A program made the position numbers and the translations under genes. Below the pieces are notes generated by a model that ran no database searches, had not been told where the DNA came from, and saw nothing but the letters and a program-made list of their open reading frames with translations. A stretch of 64,000 nt of DNA from Thermoguttaceae bacterium (lineage in GTDB: Bacteria > Planctomycetota > Planctomycetia > Pirellulales > Thermoguttaceae), in NCBI GenBank assembly GCA_017405595.1, contig JAFRAC010000005.1, forward strand, positions 46,131 to 110,130. Reading direction: 5' to 3'. Positions 27,902-36,936 of the stretch are shown here, in pieces. Within the stretch, counting starts at the first letter, position 1. Each line of letters starts with the position of its first letter.

Positions 27902-29920
27902 ATGGGCAAACTGCTCATTTGTCTTGCGGGGATTTGGGGATTCGTGATTTCCCTTGCCTTCGCCGAAAGTCCGGTTCCGGCCGATTGGCTTGCCGACTGG
28001 AACAATCCGCCGGCAGCCGACCGGCCGCTCCAGATGCTTCATGGGGCGGATCTTTCGAATCCCGAAACCGCCGCCTATTACCGCGATCAGTGCGGACTGG
28101 GGGGCGTGGTGATCAATGTCGGCGGTCCGGGATATGTCCGGAATGAGGAGAATTGGAAACGGTTTGTTGCCGGGGCGAGAAACGCGGCTGATGCCGGGCT
28201 GCGCCTTTGGATTTACGACGAAGAGGGGTATCCCTCCCTCGAAGCGGGAGGCGCCGTCCTGGAACAGGTTCCGGAACTTGTTTCGAAGGAGCTTGTTTGG
28301 GATGAAAATAATCAGGATGAGCCATTTACCGTGCGCGACTGTTACGAGTTTACGCATTCGTGCAACAACTACTCGGCCTGCCGCCGATATCCGAACCCGC
28401 TCGAACCGGAGGCGGTCGACAAGTTCATTGAGGTGACCCACCAGCGTTACCGGGAGGAGATGGGGGACGAACTCTTTAAGAAGGTCGAGGCATTCTTTAC
28501 CGATGAACCGTCGATGATGGCGGCGAATTTAGGGCAGATTCCGGAAGAAGCGCGGCAGCGGGTCCGCATCGAGGATCCGCTTGACCCGGACAAAAAGAAT
28601 CTGCCGATGCTTCCGTGGTGTTCCGATTTGGAAGACCTGTATCGGGAACGGTACGGCGAGGAACTTCGACCGCATTTTCTTTCCCTCTTTACCGGCGATA
28701 CGCGGCGCGACAAGGAGATTCGGGCCCGGTACTGGCGGCTCATCGAAGACCTTTACGCCCAGCGGTATTTCGGGGCGATTCAGGCCTGGTGCCGGGCGGC
28801 CGGCGGTCCTGTCTCCTCGGGGCACACTCTGCACGAGGAGACGCTCAACGGGCATGTTCCGCTTGATGGGAACAAGATGCGCACGCTTAAGTCGCTTGAT
28901 TGGCCCGGACTCGACAATCTGAATTCCGATCCGGGAGGCTCGGCTTATAGTGCGTGGCTGGCGGCGGCGTTTCCCTGTTCGGCGGCGCAGATCATCGGAT
29001 CGCGCCGGGTGATGGACGAGATGAGCGATTTCGGTCAGGTCAATTCGGGTGCCCGTCTTCCCGTCACGCTCGATTGGATGGAGTCCGCCGCCGCATGGCA
29101 GATGGCGTGGGGTGTTACCGATTTTACCCTCTACTACCAGATTCGCGGCGGTGAAAACGCGCCTTACCGGAACGAAGAGACCCATCACGCCTACTGCGAT
29201 TTTGTCGGCCGGATCAATTCTGTTCTCCTTCCTGCGAAACCGGTCCGGCCTGTTCTGCTCTACTATCCGATCGAGACGATGCAGCGGGAATTTAAGCCGG
29301 TTGCCGAATGTGTGAATAACGCGCCGCAGTCGGCGGAGATGACCCTTGCCATTGAGTCGTTTGTGGCGATCGGTACCGCGCTGACCCGCGCGCAGATCCC
29401 GTTTACGGTGATCGACGGCGAGTCGATCGCGGAACTCGATCCGGAAAGGCTTGCCCAGTGGAACGCGGTTATTCTGCCGCAGGAGTCGGCGCCGCCCGTG
29501 GAGGTTCTCGACCGGCTGGCGCGGGCATGGGGGGAAGGTTTGCCGGAAGAATCTCCCCGGTTTTTCTTTGCTGACCGCGAAAAGCCGCTCGATTCGGCCG
29601 AAGCTGTTTCCCGCGCGCTCGATGCCGCCGCGCGGCCGCGTCTGAAATGCGAACCCGGCTTCGACTATCTGGCGCAGGGCGTCTTCCAGCGTGAGGGGAA
29701 ATTGATCGTTCTTCTGGCGAATGTCTGGGGGGATCCGTGGGAAGGAACGGTGCAGCTGGCCAGCGACAGAGCTGTTTCGAATCAGGTTTGGGGCGTAATG
29801 GATCCGCAGACCGGCGAGGTCGGCGAACTTGAACAGAACGGCGGGAAAGCCCGTCTGCGGCTTGACGCGCGGCAGACTCTCCTGCTGGTCATACCGTTTG
29901 AAAGCGAAGAAGGCCGCTGA
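27902..29920 (+). CDS. Secreted putative glycoside hydrolase (family not assignable by eye)
   Basis: Strong RBS AAGGAGG (27890-27896) before ATG 27902. Signal peptide MGKLLICLAGIWGFVISLAFA. The NNPPAADRP, WIYDEEGYPS..AGG and FFTDEPSMM pattern recalls uncharacterised GH106-like glycosidases. Confidence 0.5.
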   Translation: MGKLLICLAGIWGFVISLAFAESPVPADWLADWNNPPAADRPLQMLHGADLSNPETAAYYRDQCGLGGVVINVGGPGYVRNEENWKRFVAGARNAADAGLRLWIYDEEGYPSLEAGGAVLEQVPELVSKELVWDENNQDEPFTVRDCYEFTHSCNNYSACRRYPNPLEPEAVDKFIEVTHQRYREEMGDELFKKVEAFFTDEPSMMAANLGQIPEEARQRVRIEDPLDPDKKNLPMLPWCSDLEDLYRERYGEELRPHFLSLFTGDTRRDKEIRARYWRLIEDLYAQRYFGAIQAWCRAAGGPVSSGHTLHEETLNGHVPLDGNKMRTLKSLDWPGLDNLNSDPGGSAYSAWLAAAFPCSAAQIIGSRRVMDEMSDFGQVNSGARLPVTLDWMESAAAWQMAWGVTDFTLYYQIRGGENAPYRNEETHHAYCDFVGRINSVLLPAKPVRPVLLYYPIETMQREFKPVAECVNNAPQSAEMTLAIESFVAIGTALTRAQIPFTVIDGESIAELDPERLAQWNAVILPQESAPPVEVLDRLARAWGEGLPEESPRFFFADREKPLDSAEAVSRALDAAARPRLKCEPGFDYLAQGVFQREGKLIVLLANVWGDPWEGTVQLASDRAVSNQVWGVMDPQTGEVGELEQNGGKARLRLDARQTLLLVIPFESEEGR

Positions 29921-29965
29921 CCTTCCGTTTCCCCTTAACCGCAAATGATACAGAAAGACGAAACC

Positions 29966-31366
29966 ATGATGAAAACCGAATTCTGGCTGGGGCTGATGAT
30001 GATAGCGGCCTCGTGGGTCAGTGCCGCCGATCTTCCCGCGACGGCGGTTCCCGAGAACCGGGACTGCGATCTGTTCCGGCATCAGGTTGCCGAAATGGAA
30101 AAAGGGGAGACCGACCTGCTTTGGGTCGGCGACTCCATTACCGATTTCTGGGACAACGCCGGAATTGACGTCTGGAACAGATACTACGTTGAAAAGGGAC
30201 GCCGTCCTCTCAACTTCGGGATCAGCGGCGACCGGACCAGCCAGGTCATCTGGCGGATCGATAACGCCCCGACGGATAAGATTGCGCCGAAGATGATCAT
30301 TCTGATGATCGGCACCAACAATCTCGCGCACGGCGATTCGCCCGAAGATACGGTTGTGGGGATTCAGACGATTGTCAGCCGGCTTACCGGGCTCTATCCT
30401 GACGCCAGGCTTCTTCTTCTGGAGATCTTCCCGCGCGACGCCCGGCCCGGCACGCCGCTTCGCGCACTGATCGAAGATGCCAACGCCCGCCTGCGCGCGA
30501 TTTACGGAGCGGATCGGGTTCCGAACGTTCAGCTTTACAGTATCGGTGACTTGTTTCTCGACGAGGAGGGCAATCTTCCTGAGAGCATCATGCCCGACTA
30601 TCTTCATCCCAGCGCCGCCGGTTATGAGATCTGGGCCGAGGCCGTCGAGCCGATGGTGATGGAGGGGCTCGGCGAAACGCCCGAACCGGCCGTTCCGAAA
30701 ACGAACGCCATGCACGACGAACGCTATACGAAGCAGGTCGAACAGCTCAAAGAGCGGCAGGATTATCAGATTCTGATGTGCGGCGACTCGATCGTGGGCG
30801 TCTGGATGTCGGGTCCGGGCACCGACCGTTTTCCGGTCTGGGAAAAGTATTACGGTTCGAAGGGAGGGATGAATCTCGGCGTGGGGGGCGACATTGTTTC
30901 CGGCCTGGCGTGGCGTATGGAAAACTATCCTCTCGGCGAAGCCGATCCGAAACTGATCATCACCGAAATCGGCGCAAACGATCTGACCTGTTACGAGACA
31001 CCGAAAGAGGAAGTGGCGTTCGGCCTGCGCGTTCTCATTAAGAAGCTGCACGCCCGCTGGCCGAAAGCGCGTTTCATTGCCGTGGCGTGCCTGCCGTTTC
31101 AGTGGGAACACAATCCGAACCACGACGCGATGACGTTCCAATCGTGGATTGACGGGTATAACCGTATCTTCCCCCTCTATTTCCGCGATCTGCCGTATGT
31201 AACGGCCGTCAACATTTCCGACCTCTACGTTTTTCCCGACGGCAAGTACAATCCCGATGTCCTCTACGACTCGGTCCATCCGAACGCGGTCGGCTGCGCC
31301 CTCTGGGGTGAACGGCTTAATCCGCTTGTCGAAACACTCTTGGAGGAATACGATCAAGAGGAGTAA
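29966..31366 (+). CDS. Secreted tandem-domain SGNH/GDSL esterase, paralog A
   Basis: Signal peptide MMKTEFWLGLMMIAASWVSA. Domain 1 has blocks GDSITD, GISGD, GTNNL and DYLHP; domain 2 has GDSIV, GVGGD, GANDL and DSVHP. An alternative start at 29945 is possible. Confidence 0.85.
   Translation: MMKTEFWLGLMMIAASWVSAADLPATAVPENRDCDLFRHQVAEMEKGETDLLWVGDSITDFWDNAGIDVWNRYYVEKGRRPLNFGISGDRTSQVIWRIDNAPTDKIAPKMIILMIGTNNLAHGDSPEDTVVGIQTIVSRLTGLYPDARLLLLEIFPRDARPGTPLRALIEDANARLRAIYGADRVPNVQLYSIGDLFLDEEGNLPESIMPDYLHPSAAGYEIWAEAVEPMVMEGLGETPEPAVPKTNAMHDERYTKQVEQLKERQDYQILMCGDSIVGVWMSGPGTDRFPVWEKYYGSKGGMNLGVGGDIVSGLAWRMENYPLGEADPKLIITEIGANDLTCYETPKEEVAFGLRVLIKKLHARWPKARFIAVACLPFQWEHNPNHDAMTFQSWIDGYNRIFPLYFRDLPYVTAVNISDLYVFPDGKYNPDVLYDSVHPNAVGCALWGERLNPLVETLLEEYDQEE
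30021..30690 (+). repeat. Near-identical segment shared with 31502-32171 (first SGNH domain)
   Basis: About 95 % nucleotide identity by eye over about 670 bp with the homologous part of paralog B. Downstream halves of the two genes are clearly more diverged. Confidence 0.85.
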
Positions 31367-31437
31367 AAGCGGCTCTCCGTCCGCCGGAGAGGACCCGCTC
31401 GATTTTGAAAATGTTTTGTATAGAAAGAAGTGACAGA

Positions 31438-32850
31438 ATGAAAAGAGGTTTTTGGTTTATCCTTCTGGCATCGGTTGCGGCGCTGATTTCCTCCGCGCTT
31501 TTTGCCGCCGATCTTCCCGCGACGGCGGTTCCCGAGAACCGGGATTGCGATCTGTTCCGGCATCAGGTTGCCGAAATGGAAAAGGGGGAAACCGACCTGC
31601 TTTGGGTCGGCGACTCCATCACCGATTTCTGGGACGACGCCGGGATCGACGTCTGGAATAAGTACTACGTTGAAAAGGGACGCCGTCCCCTCAACTTCGG
31701 GATCAGCGGCGACCGGACCAGCCAGGTCATTTGGCGGATCGATAACGCCCCGACGGATAAGATTGCGCCGAAGATGATCATTTTGATGATCGGCACCAAC
31801 AATCTTGCCCATGGCGATTCGCCCGAAGATACGGTCGTGGGAATTCAGACAATTGTCAGCCGGCTTACCGGGCTCTATCCCGACGCCAGACTCCTTCTTC
31901 TGGAGATCTTCCCGCGCGACGCCCGGCCCGGCACGCTGCTGCGTGTACTGATCGAAGACGCCAACGCCCGCCTGCGCGCGATTTACGGAGCGGATCGGGT
32001 TCCGAACGTTCAGCTTTACAGTATCGGTGACTTGTTTCTCGACGAGGAGGGCAATCTTCCGGAGAGCATCATGCCCGATTACCTTCATCCCAGCGCCGCC
32101 GGTTACGAGATCTGGGCCGAGGCCGTCGAGCCGATGGTAATGGAGGGGCTCGGCGAAACGCCCGAGACCGTCATCCCGAAAACGAACGGAGTTCACGACT
32201 ACCGGTATACAGACCAGATACATCGGCTCCAGACGGAAGAGAACAAGGATTACGATATCATCATGTTCGGCGACTCGGTTGCCGAGACCTGGGTCCGGAA
32301 CGGAACCGCGCTCAATCTGCAGGTCTGGGAAAAGTACTACGGTTCGAAAAAGGGTCTCAATCTCGGAATCGGCGGCGACATTGTCTCGGGCCAGGCGTGG
32401 CGTTTCGAGCATTATCCGCTCGACGGAATCGATCCGAAACTGATCATCATGGAAATCGGTGTCAACGACCTGACCTGTTTTGAAACGCCGAAAGAGGAAG
32501 TCGCGTTTGGGATCAGAATGCTGGTCAAGAAGATGCACGAGCGCTGGCCGAAAGCGCGTTTCATCGTTATGGGGTGCCTGCCGTTCCAGTTCGAGGGGAA
32601 CCCGGCGCACGACGGGATGACCTATCAGTCTTTCGTCGACGCGTATAACCGCGTTCTCCCCCTCTATTTCCGCGATCTGCCGTATGCCGTTACGACCGAC
32701 ATTTCGGATCTGTATCTCCTTCCGGACGGGAAGTATAATCCCGACGTCCTCTACGATGCGGTTCACCCGAACGGGGTCGGCTGCGCCCTCTGGGGCGAAC
32801 GGCTCAATCCCCTTGTGGAGAAGCTGCTCGAAGAGTACGGCGAAGAGTAA
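31438..32850 (+). CDS. Secreted tandem-domain SGNH/GDSL esterase, paralog B
   Basis: Signal peptide MKRGFWFILLASVAALISSALFA and the same two-domain SGNH block structure as paralog A. The track ORF starts at 31405. Confidence 0.85.
   Translation: MKRGFWFILLASVAALISSALFAADLPATAVPENRDCDLFRHQVAEMEKGETDLLWVGDSITDFWDDAGIDVWNKYYVEKGRRPLNFGISGDRTSQVIWRIDNAPTDKIAPKMIILMIGTNNLAHGDSPEDTVVGIQTIVSRLTGLYPDARLLLLEIFPRDARPGTLLRVLIEDANARLRAIYGADRVPNVQLYSIGDLFLDEEGNLPESIMPDYLHPSAAGYEIWAEAVEPMVMEGLGETPETVIPKTNGVHDYRYTDQIHRLQTEENKDYDIIMFGDSVAETWVRNGTALNLQVWEKYYGSKKGLNLGIGGDIVSGQAWRFEHYPLDGIDPKLIIMEIGVNDLTCFETPKEEVAFGIRMLVKKMHERWPKARFIVMGCLPFQFEGNPAHDGMTYQSFVDAYNRVLPLYFRDLPYAVTTDISDLYLLPDGKYNPDVLYDAVHPNGVGCALWGERLNPLVEKLLEEYGEE
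31502..32171 (+). repeat. Near-identical segment shared with 30021-30690
   Basis: See the partner segment. Identity falls off after about 32171, at the start of the inter-domain linker. Confidence 0.85.
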
Positions 32851-32875
32851 TCAGAAAACCGGAAAGGCTGCCGAC

Positions 32876-33811
32876 TTGCTTCGTTCCTTCCTGCTCAATT
32901 GGATTTCGGCCCGGTACTCCAAAGAGGTGAAAGACCGTATCTACGAGGCCGCGGCCGAAACTCTCGGCGCCGCAATGTCGGCGGACGAACCGGACAGTAC
33001 CGAAGGTGTCCGGCGCGCGGAAGTCGGGTTCCTCTTTTCCCGCGGCGCGGAGTACGGCTGTTTTACCGACCGGATGGAAAACCCCCGGATCACCAAAGGG
33101 AACGGATTCACCTTTGTTCAGGGGGAGTACAAGGGGATCCCGTTGGCGGTGGCCGAGACCGGAGCAGGGGAAACGAATGTGAGGGAAGGAACGCTCGCTC
33201 TTCTGCAGGTCTTTCAGCCCCGCCGGGTGATCGCTTCCGGGTTCGCCGACGCGCTCTCGCCGGAAATCGGCCGGCAGGAAGTTTTTATGCCTCTGGAACT
33301 GGTTTCTGAACGGGGAGAGCGTCTGAATCTTTCCGGCGAGGAAAGAGGGAACGCTGACAATCCCGGTACGGGCGGCGAAATGCCCTGGCAGATTGCGCCG
33401 CTCGTTTCTGTTTCAAAACTTCCCGCCGATCCTGAAGGACGCCGGGAACTCGGCCGAAAGAGCGGCGCGCGTCTTGCCGATACCCTCGTTTGGAATGCGG
33501 CATCGGTTTGCCGGGAGGCGAATGTCCCTTTTTTGGCTCTCAAAGTTGTTGCCGCAGAGCTCGGAGATCGGCTTCCCCCGGACCTGAGCCGTGCGGAGAA
33601 GGCGGGCAGCGGGAGCCGTGCGCGCCGGCTCGGCGCGTTTTTGGGAACTTTTACGAATCGGCCTTCGAGTCTTGTCGATGTTTACAAAATCAAACAGCGG
33701 GAACTCGAATCGGCGGATCGGCTTGCCGATCATTTGGCCGGTCTTTTGGATGAAATTTCCCGAAACCGGTCCCTCCTTATTGAATGGGGGGAAGAGCGGA
33801 AGAGAATCTGA
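32876..33811 (+). CDS. PNP_UDP_1-family (MTA/SAH-nucleosidase-like) protein
   Basis: VGFLFSRGAEYGCF...GNGFTFVQGEYKGIPLAVAETGAGETNV...PRRVIASGFADAL follows the nucleosidase beta-alpha pattern (compare SGIGKVNAA...TG.AGGL). Start is uncertain: TTG 32876 after GGAAAGG, or ATG 32975. The track ORF start at 32684 lies inside the preceding gene. Confidence 0.55.
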   Translation: MLRSFLLNWISARYSKEVKDRIYEAAAETLGAAMSADEPDSTEGVRRAEVGFLFSRGAEYGCFTDRMENPRITKGNGFTFVQGEYKGIPLAVAETGAGETNVREGTLALLQVFQPRRVIASGFADALSPEIGRQEVFMPLELVSERGERLNLSGEERGNADNPGTGGEMPWQIAPLVSVSKLPADPEGRRELGRKSGARLADTLVWNAASVCREANVPFLALKVVAAELGDRLPPDLSRAEKAGSGSRARRLGAFLGTFTNRPSSLVDVYKIKQRELESADRLADHLAGLLDEISRNRSLLIEWGEERKRI

Positions 33812-33830
33812 CCGACAGGAAAGCTGACGA

Positions 33831-35627
33831 ATGAACCGGACCGGATCCCCAACAGCTCCTCTTGACCGCGCAAGATCGTTTATCGGCGCCGCGGTAATGG
33901 GAATGTTTATGCTGGTCAGCCGGTGTTTGGGGCTTTTGCGCGATATCAATACCGCCGCCGTGATGGGGCTTTCCGGATCGATGGCGATGGACGCGTTTGC
34001 CTGCGCGTTTCGGATTCCGAATATCATTCGCCGCTTTTTCGAAGAGGGGATTTTCGGCCTGACCTTTATTCCGGTCTTTTCGGAACTTCTGAAAACCGAC
34101 AAAAGAGAGGCCCGGGCGCTGGCCGTCCGTTATCTTGCCGGCGGGTTTCTCTTTGGATTGGGGCTTGCCGTTCTTTTGGAAATCGCCGCGGCGCTGATTT
34201 GGTTTCTCTTTCAGCCGCCGCCGGGGAAACTTTGGTACAGTATCCTGCGGTTCGGTTCGCTGATGTTCCCTTATGTCATTTTTGCGGTTCCCGCCGCACA
34301 GATCGCTGCGGTTCTGCAGGGACTCGGCCGGTTCCGGATGGCGGGCTTTATGCCGGTTCTCTTTAACCTGGTTTGGCTGGCCGTGCTTTTTTTCATCTCG
34401 CCCCTCGGGGTTTATCTGCCGTTTAAGGTGCCGGCCTGTTCGGTTTCGATATTCGGCGTCTCCTCGGCGACCCTCACCCCTGCCGGGCGGGGGGCGGTTC
34501 TCTCGCTGGCGATTGCAGGGGCGGCGGCGCTGCAGTTTTTCGTTCTCTTCCTTTATCTGCGTTATCTGCGCCGAAGCGGAAAACTCGGCACGCCGGATTC
34601 AGCGAAGGAGAGTCCTGGCGGGACGTTTATTTCGGTCCGTTCCGCGCTGCGCGGGATATGGCGGCGCCTTGCCCCCGCGGCGATGGTGATCCTCTTTCTT
34701 CAGGTGAATGTCCTTTTGGCGACACTGCTGGCGGCGCTCTTTTCGGGCTCGTCGGTTCCGGTACTTTCGGCGATTCCCGGCGTCGATTCTCTTTTTGCCG
34801 GAAAGATGGGGCGGGGAGCGGCTTCGGCCCTCTATTTCGGCGAGCGTCTCTATGAATTTCCCCTTTCGCTGGTCGGAGTGACCGTCGGCACGGCGTTCTA
34901 TCCCCTGTTGACCCGTCGTGCGCTGGAAAAGAACCGCAGCGGGTTTGCCGCAGACTTTACCGCGGCGCTTCGTTGGGTCATCCTTTTGGCCATTCCGTCG
35001 GGAGTGGGGCTGATTCTTCTTGCCGCTCCTCTTTCGCGTCTCTTTTTCGCCCACGGAGCGGCGTCTGCCGAAGATTCGGCGCGCATTGCCCGACTAACCC
35101 TCTGTTTCGGCTGCGGAGTGCCCGCATTCTGTCTAACGGCGTTCCTGAACCGGGCGCATCTTGCGCTCGGCAAACTGAAAACGCCGATGTGGGCGGGGGT
35201 TTTTTCGGTCTTCCTCTTTTTGATGCTGGCTCTGGCAGGGGTTCCCCGCCTGGGAGAGGCCGCGCTGGCTTTGGCGATCGCGCTCTCTTCCTGGGGGCAA
35301 ACCGCGTTCCTGGCACGCGGCATGGCCGGAGAGATTTTCCCCGCTCAACGGCATATCCTGGCGAAGACGTTTGCGGCAGCCGTTTTCGCCTCGGCGGTCA
35401 TGGCCTGCGGGATTTTCCTGGAACGGCTTTTTCTTGCTCATCCTCCCGCGTCTTTTGCCGCGGTTCCCTTTGTTTCGGAGAAGACGGTGTCGGCATCGCT
35501 TGGAATTGCGGTGGATTTGGCGGTCGGAATACTCCTCTTTTTCGCAGTGATTCTGCTCTGTGACCGCAAAAAGACGATTGATACCATTCGGGAGGTCATG
35601 AAGCGATTCTTCGGTTCAAAAGGGTGA
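33831..35627 (+). CDS. murJ: Lipid II flippase MurJ (MviN)
   Basis: N-terminal SRCLGLLRDINTAAVMG...DAFACAFRIPNIIRRFFEEG.F...FIPVFSE is the MurJ signature. Multi-pass hydrophobic protein of 598 aa. Confidence 0.9.
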   Translation: MNRTGSPTAPLDRARSFIGAAVMGMFMLVSRCLGLLRDINTAAVMGLSGSMAMDAFACAFRIPNIIRRFFEEGIFGLTFIPVFSELLKTDKREARALAVRYLAGGFLFGLGLAVLLEIAAALIWFLFQPPPGKLWYSILRFGSLMFPYVIFAVPAAQIAAVLQGLGRFRMAGFMPVLFNLVWLAVLFFISPLGVYLPFKVPACSVSIFGVSSATLTPAGRGAVLSLAIAGAAALQFFVLFLYLRYLRRSGKLGTPDSAKESPGGTFISVRSALRGIWRRLAPAAMVILFLQVNVLLATLLAALFSGSSVPVLSAIPGVDSLFAGKMGRGAASALYFGERLYEFPLSLVGVTVGTAFYPLLTRRALEKNRSGFAADFTAALRWVILLAIPSGVGLILLAAPLSRLFFAHGAASAEDSARIARLTLCFGCGVPAFCLTAFLNRAHLALGKLKTPMWAGVFSVFLFLMLALAGVPRLGEAALALAIALSSWGQTAFLARGMAGEIFPAQRHILAKTFAAAVFASAVMACGIFLERLFLAHPPASFAAVPFVSEKTVSASLGIAVDLAVGILLFFAVILLCDRKKTIDTIREVMKRFFGSKG

Positions 35628-35653
35628 AATTGCCGTTAAAAAACGAAAAATTT

Positions 35654-35682
35654 TTGAATTGTGGGGGGGCGGGGGGTATAAA
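35654..35682 (+). promoter_or_regulatory. Sigma-70-like promoter candidate upstream of the cupin gene
   Basis: TTGAAT (35654-35659), a 17-nt G-rich spacer, then TATAAA (35677-35682), about 95 nt upstream of ATG 35778. Confidence 0.3.
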
Positions 35683-35777
35683 CCGATAGATAATTAGCCT
35701 ATAATTGGGTCGTTCGCGGCGGGTAACGCGTTTTCGCCCCGGGCGCATGGCGGAACAAGCCAAATTTGAGGGAAGAA

Positions 35778-36497
35778 ATGAACAGAAGAGACATGATAAA
35801 AATCGCCGCCGGAGCGATGGTCGCCCCGCTGGTAGGGGCAGCCAACGAAACGGCCGGAAACCGGCTCGAAGCTTCGGCGACGGGTGAAAGAAAAGAAAGG
35901 GTATGTATGAAAAAGTACACGAATGCCGATTATTACAAGAACGGCGTCTTCCAGAAAGATGTCGCTTACCGTGCCTTCTACGAAATGTTCGAAGATTACG
36001 GCTATACGCTTGCCGATAAGCTTCGGACCTTCAAAAACGGGGAATTTTGGGTAGTCGATTTCGGTCTCGGTGATTTTGAAAACGTCGGGATGGGCGGAAT
36101 CATTTGGTACAATGATATTACCAACGGTTATTTCGGACACGACATTTATCTTCTCCCCCACCAGATGATCGCCGAACATTATCATCTTCCCGCCGAAGGC
36201 GTACAGGCGAAGCATGAAACCTGGCTCGTCCGCGACGGAAGCATCTTCAATTTCGGTAAAGGGGGCGAACTGACCGATGAAGTCCGCGCCATACTGCCGA
36301 AAAGCCAGCTTGATGCGGGCGCGATCACCTGCTTCAATTTTGAAGAACTCCATGTCGGCGACCTCCGCAGCCTGACCGCTTTGGAAGACCGTCACTTTAT
36401 GATGGCGGGCGAAAAGGGCGCCATCGTCACGGAATTCGGTTCGTATCACAGTATGGACGGCCTGCGGTTCTCGAATACCAACGCCGCGCTCGGCTGA
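35778..36497 (+). CDS. Tat-signal cupin protein, D-lyxose/D-mannose-isomerase-like
   Basis: Twin-arginine leader MNRRDMIKIAAGAMVAPLVGAANE. The cupin core GMGGIIWYN...GHDIYLLPHQMIAEHYH...KHETWLVRDGS resembles sugar-isomerase cupins. RBS GAGGGA precedes the ATG. Confidence 0.5.
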   Translation: MNRRDMIKIAAGAMVAPLVGAANETAGNRLEASATGERKERVCMKKYTNADYYKNGVFQKDVAYRAFYEMFEDYGYTLADKLRTFKNGEFWVVDFGLGDFENVGMGGIIWYNDITNGYFGHDIYLLPHQMIAEHYHLPAEGVQAKHETWLVRDGSIFNFGKGGELTDEVRAILPKSQLDAGAITCFNFEELHVGDLRSLTALEDRHFMMAGEKGAIVTEFGSYHSMDGLRFSNTNAALG

Positions 36498-36531
36498 TTC
36501 TTCGCGCTGATTCCTAAAAAGGAGAAAAGAA

Positions 36532-36858
36532 ATGAAAGACGGTTATCAATTTAGTCATTGGGGAGTTCCGACCCAGGAAGAGAAACCGGGAATGACCTAT
36601 CTCGAAGGGATTAAAACCGCGATTACCGATTTCGCGGCGAGCCCGTTCGCCATCGAATGGCTCAAGTTCGATGACGATACCCCGATGCCGAAAATACTGC
36701 AGACGATGCCGCACGTGGCATTTGTGGTGGAAGACCTTAACGCCGCGCTTGAAGGCGAAAGGGTGATCGTCGAGCCGTTCCCGGTCGGCGACAGTCTTAC
36801 CTGTGCTTTTATCGACGGCGGCGGGTTCGGCGTGGAACTGATGGCGTTTAAAAAATAG
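36532..36858 (+). CDS. Small VOC/glyoxalase-fold-like protein
   Basis: 108 aa with RBS AAAGGAG. The MPHVAFVVEDLNAA...G....L..F.D..GFGVELM pattern is typical of VOC-family beta-alpha-beta-beta-beta modules. Confidence 0.5.
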   Translation: MKDGYQFSHWGVPTQEEKPGMTYLEGIKTAITDFAASPFAIEWLKFDDDTPMPKILQTMPHVAFVVEDLNAALEGERVIVEPFPVGDSLTCAFIDGGGFGVELMAFKK

Positions 36859-36936
36859 CCGTCTTGCTTTTTGAGCGGATCAGGCGCGTGTCATGGGGAG
36901 AACCTCGCGGCACGCGCTTTTATTTTGCTCGTGCGG

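Noticed and set aside
28529-32766. 942-aa and 470-aa minus-strand ORFs (28529-31357, 31354-32766)
   Set aside because: They are antisense to the putative glycosidase and both SGNH esterase genes, whose catalytic blocks are unmistakable on the plus strand. The composition is Arg-rich shadow-ORF sequence.
32684-32875. Track start of the nucleosidase-like ORF inside the SGNH paralog B gene
   Set aside because: The overlap of about 170 nt with a well-supported gene is implausible. A TTG at 32876 or an ATG at 32975 is a more likely start.
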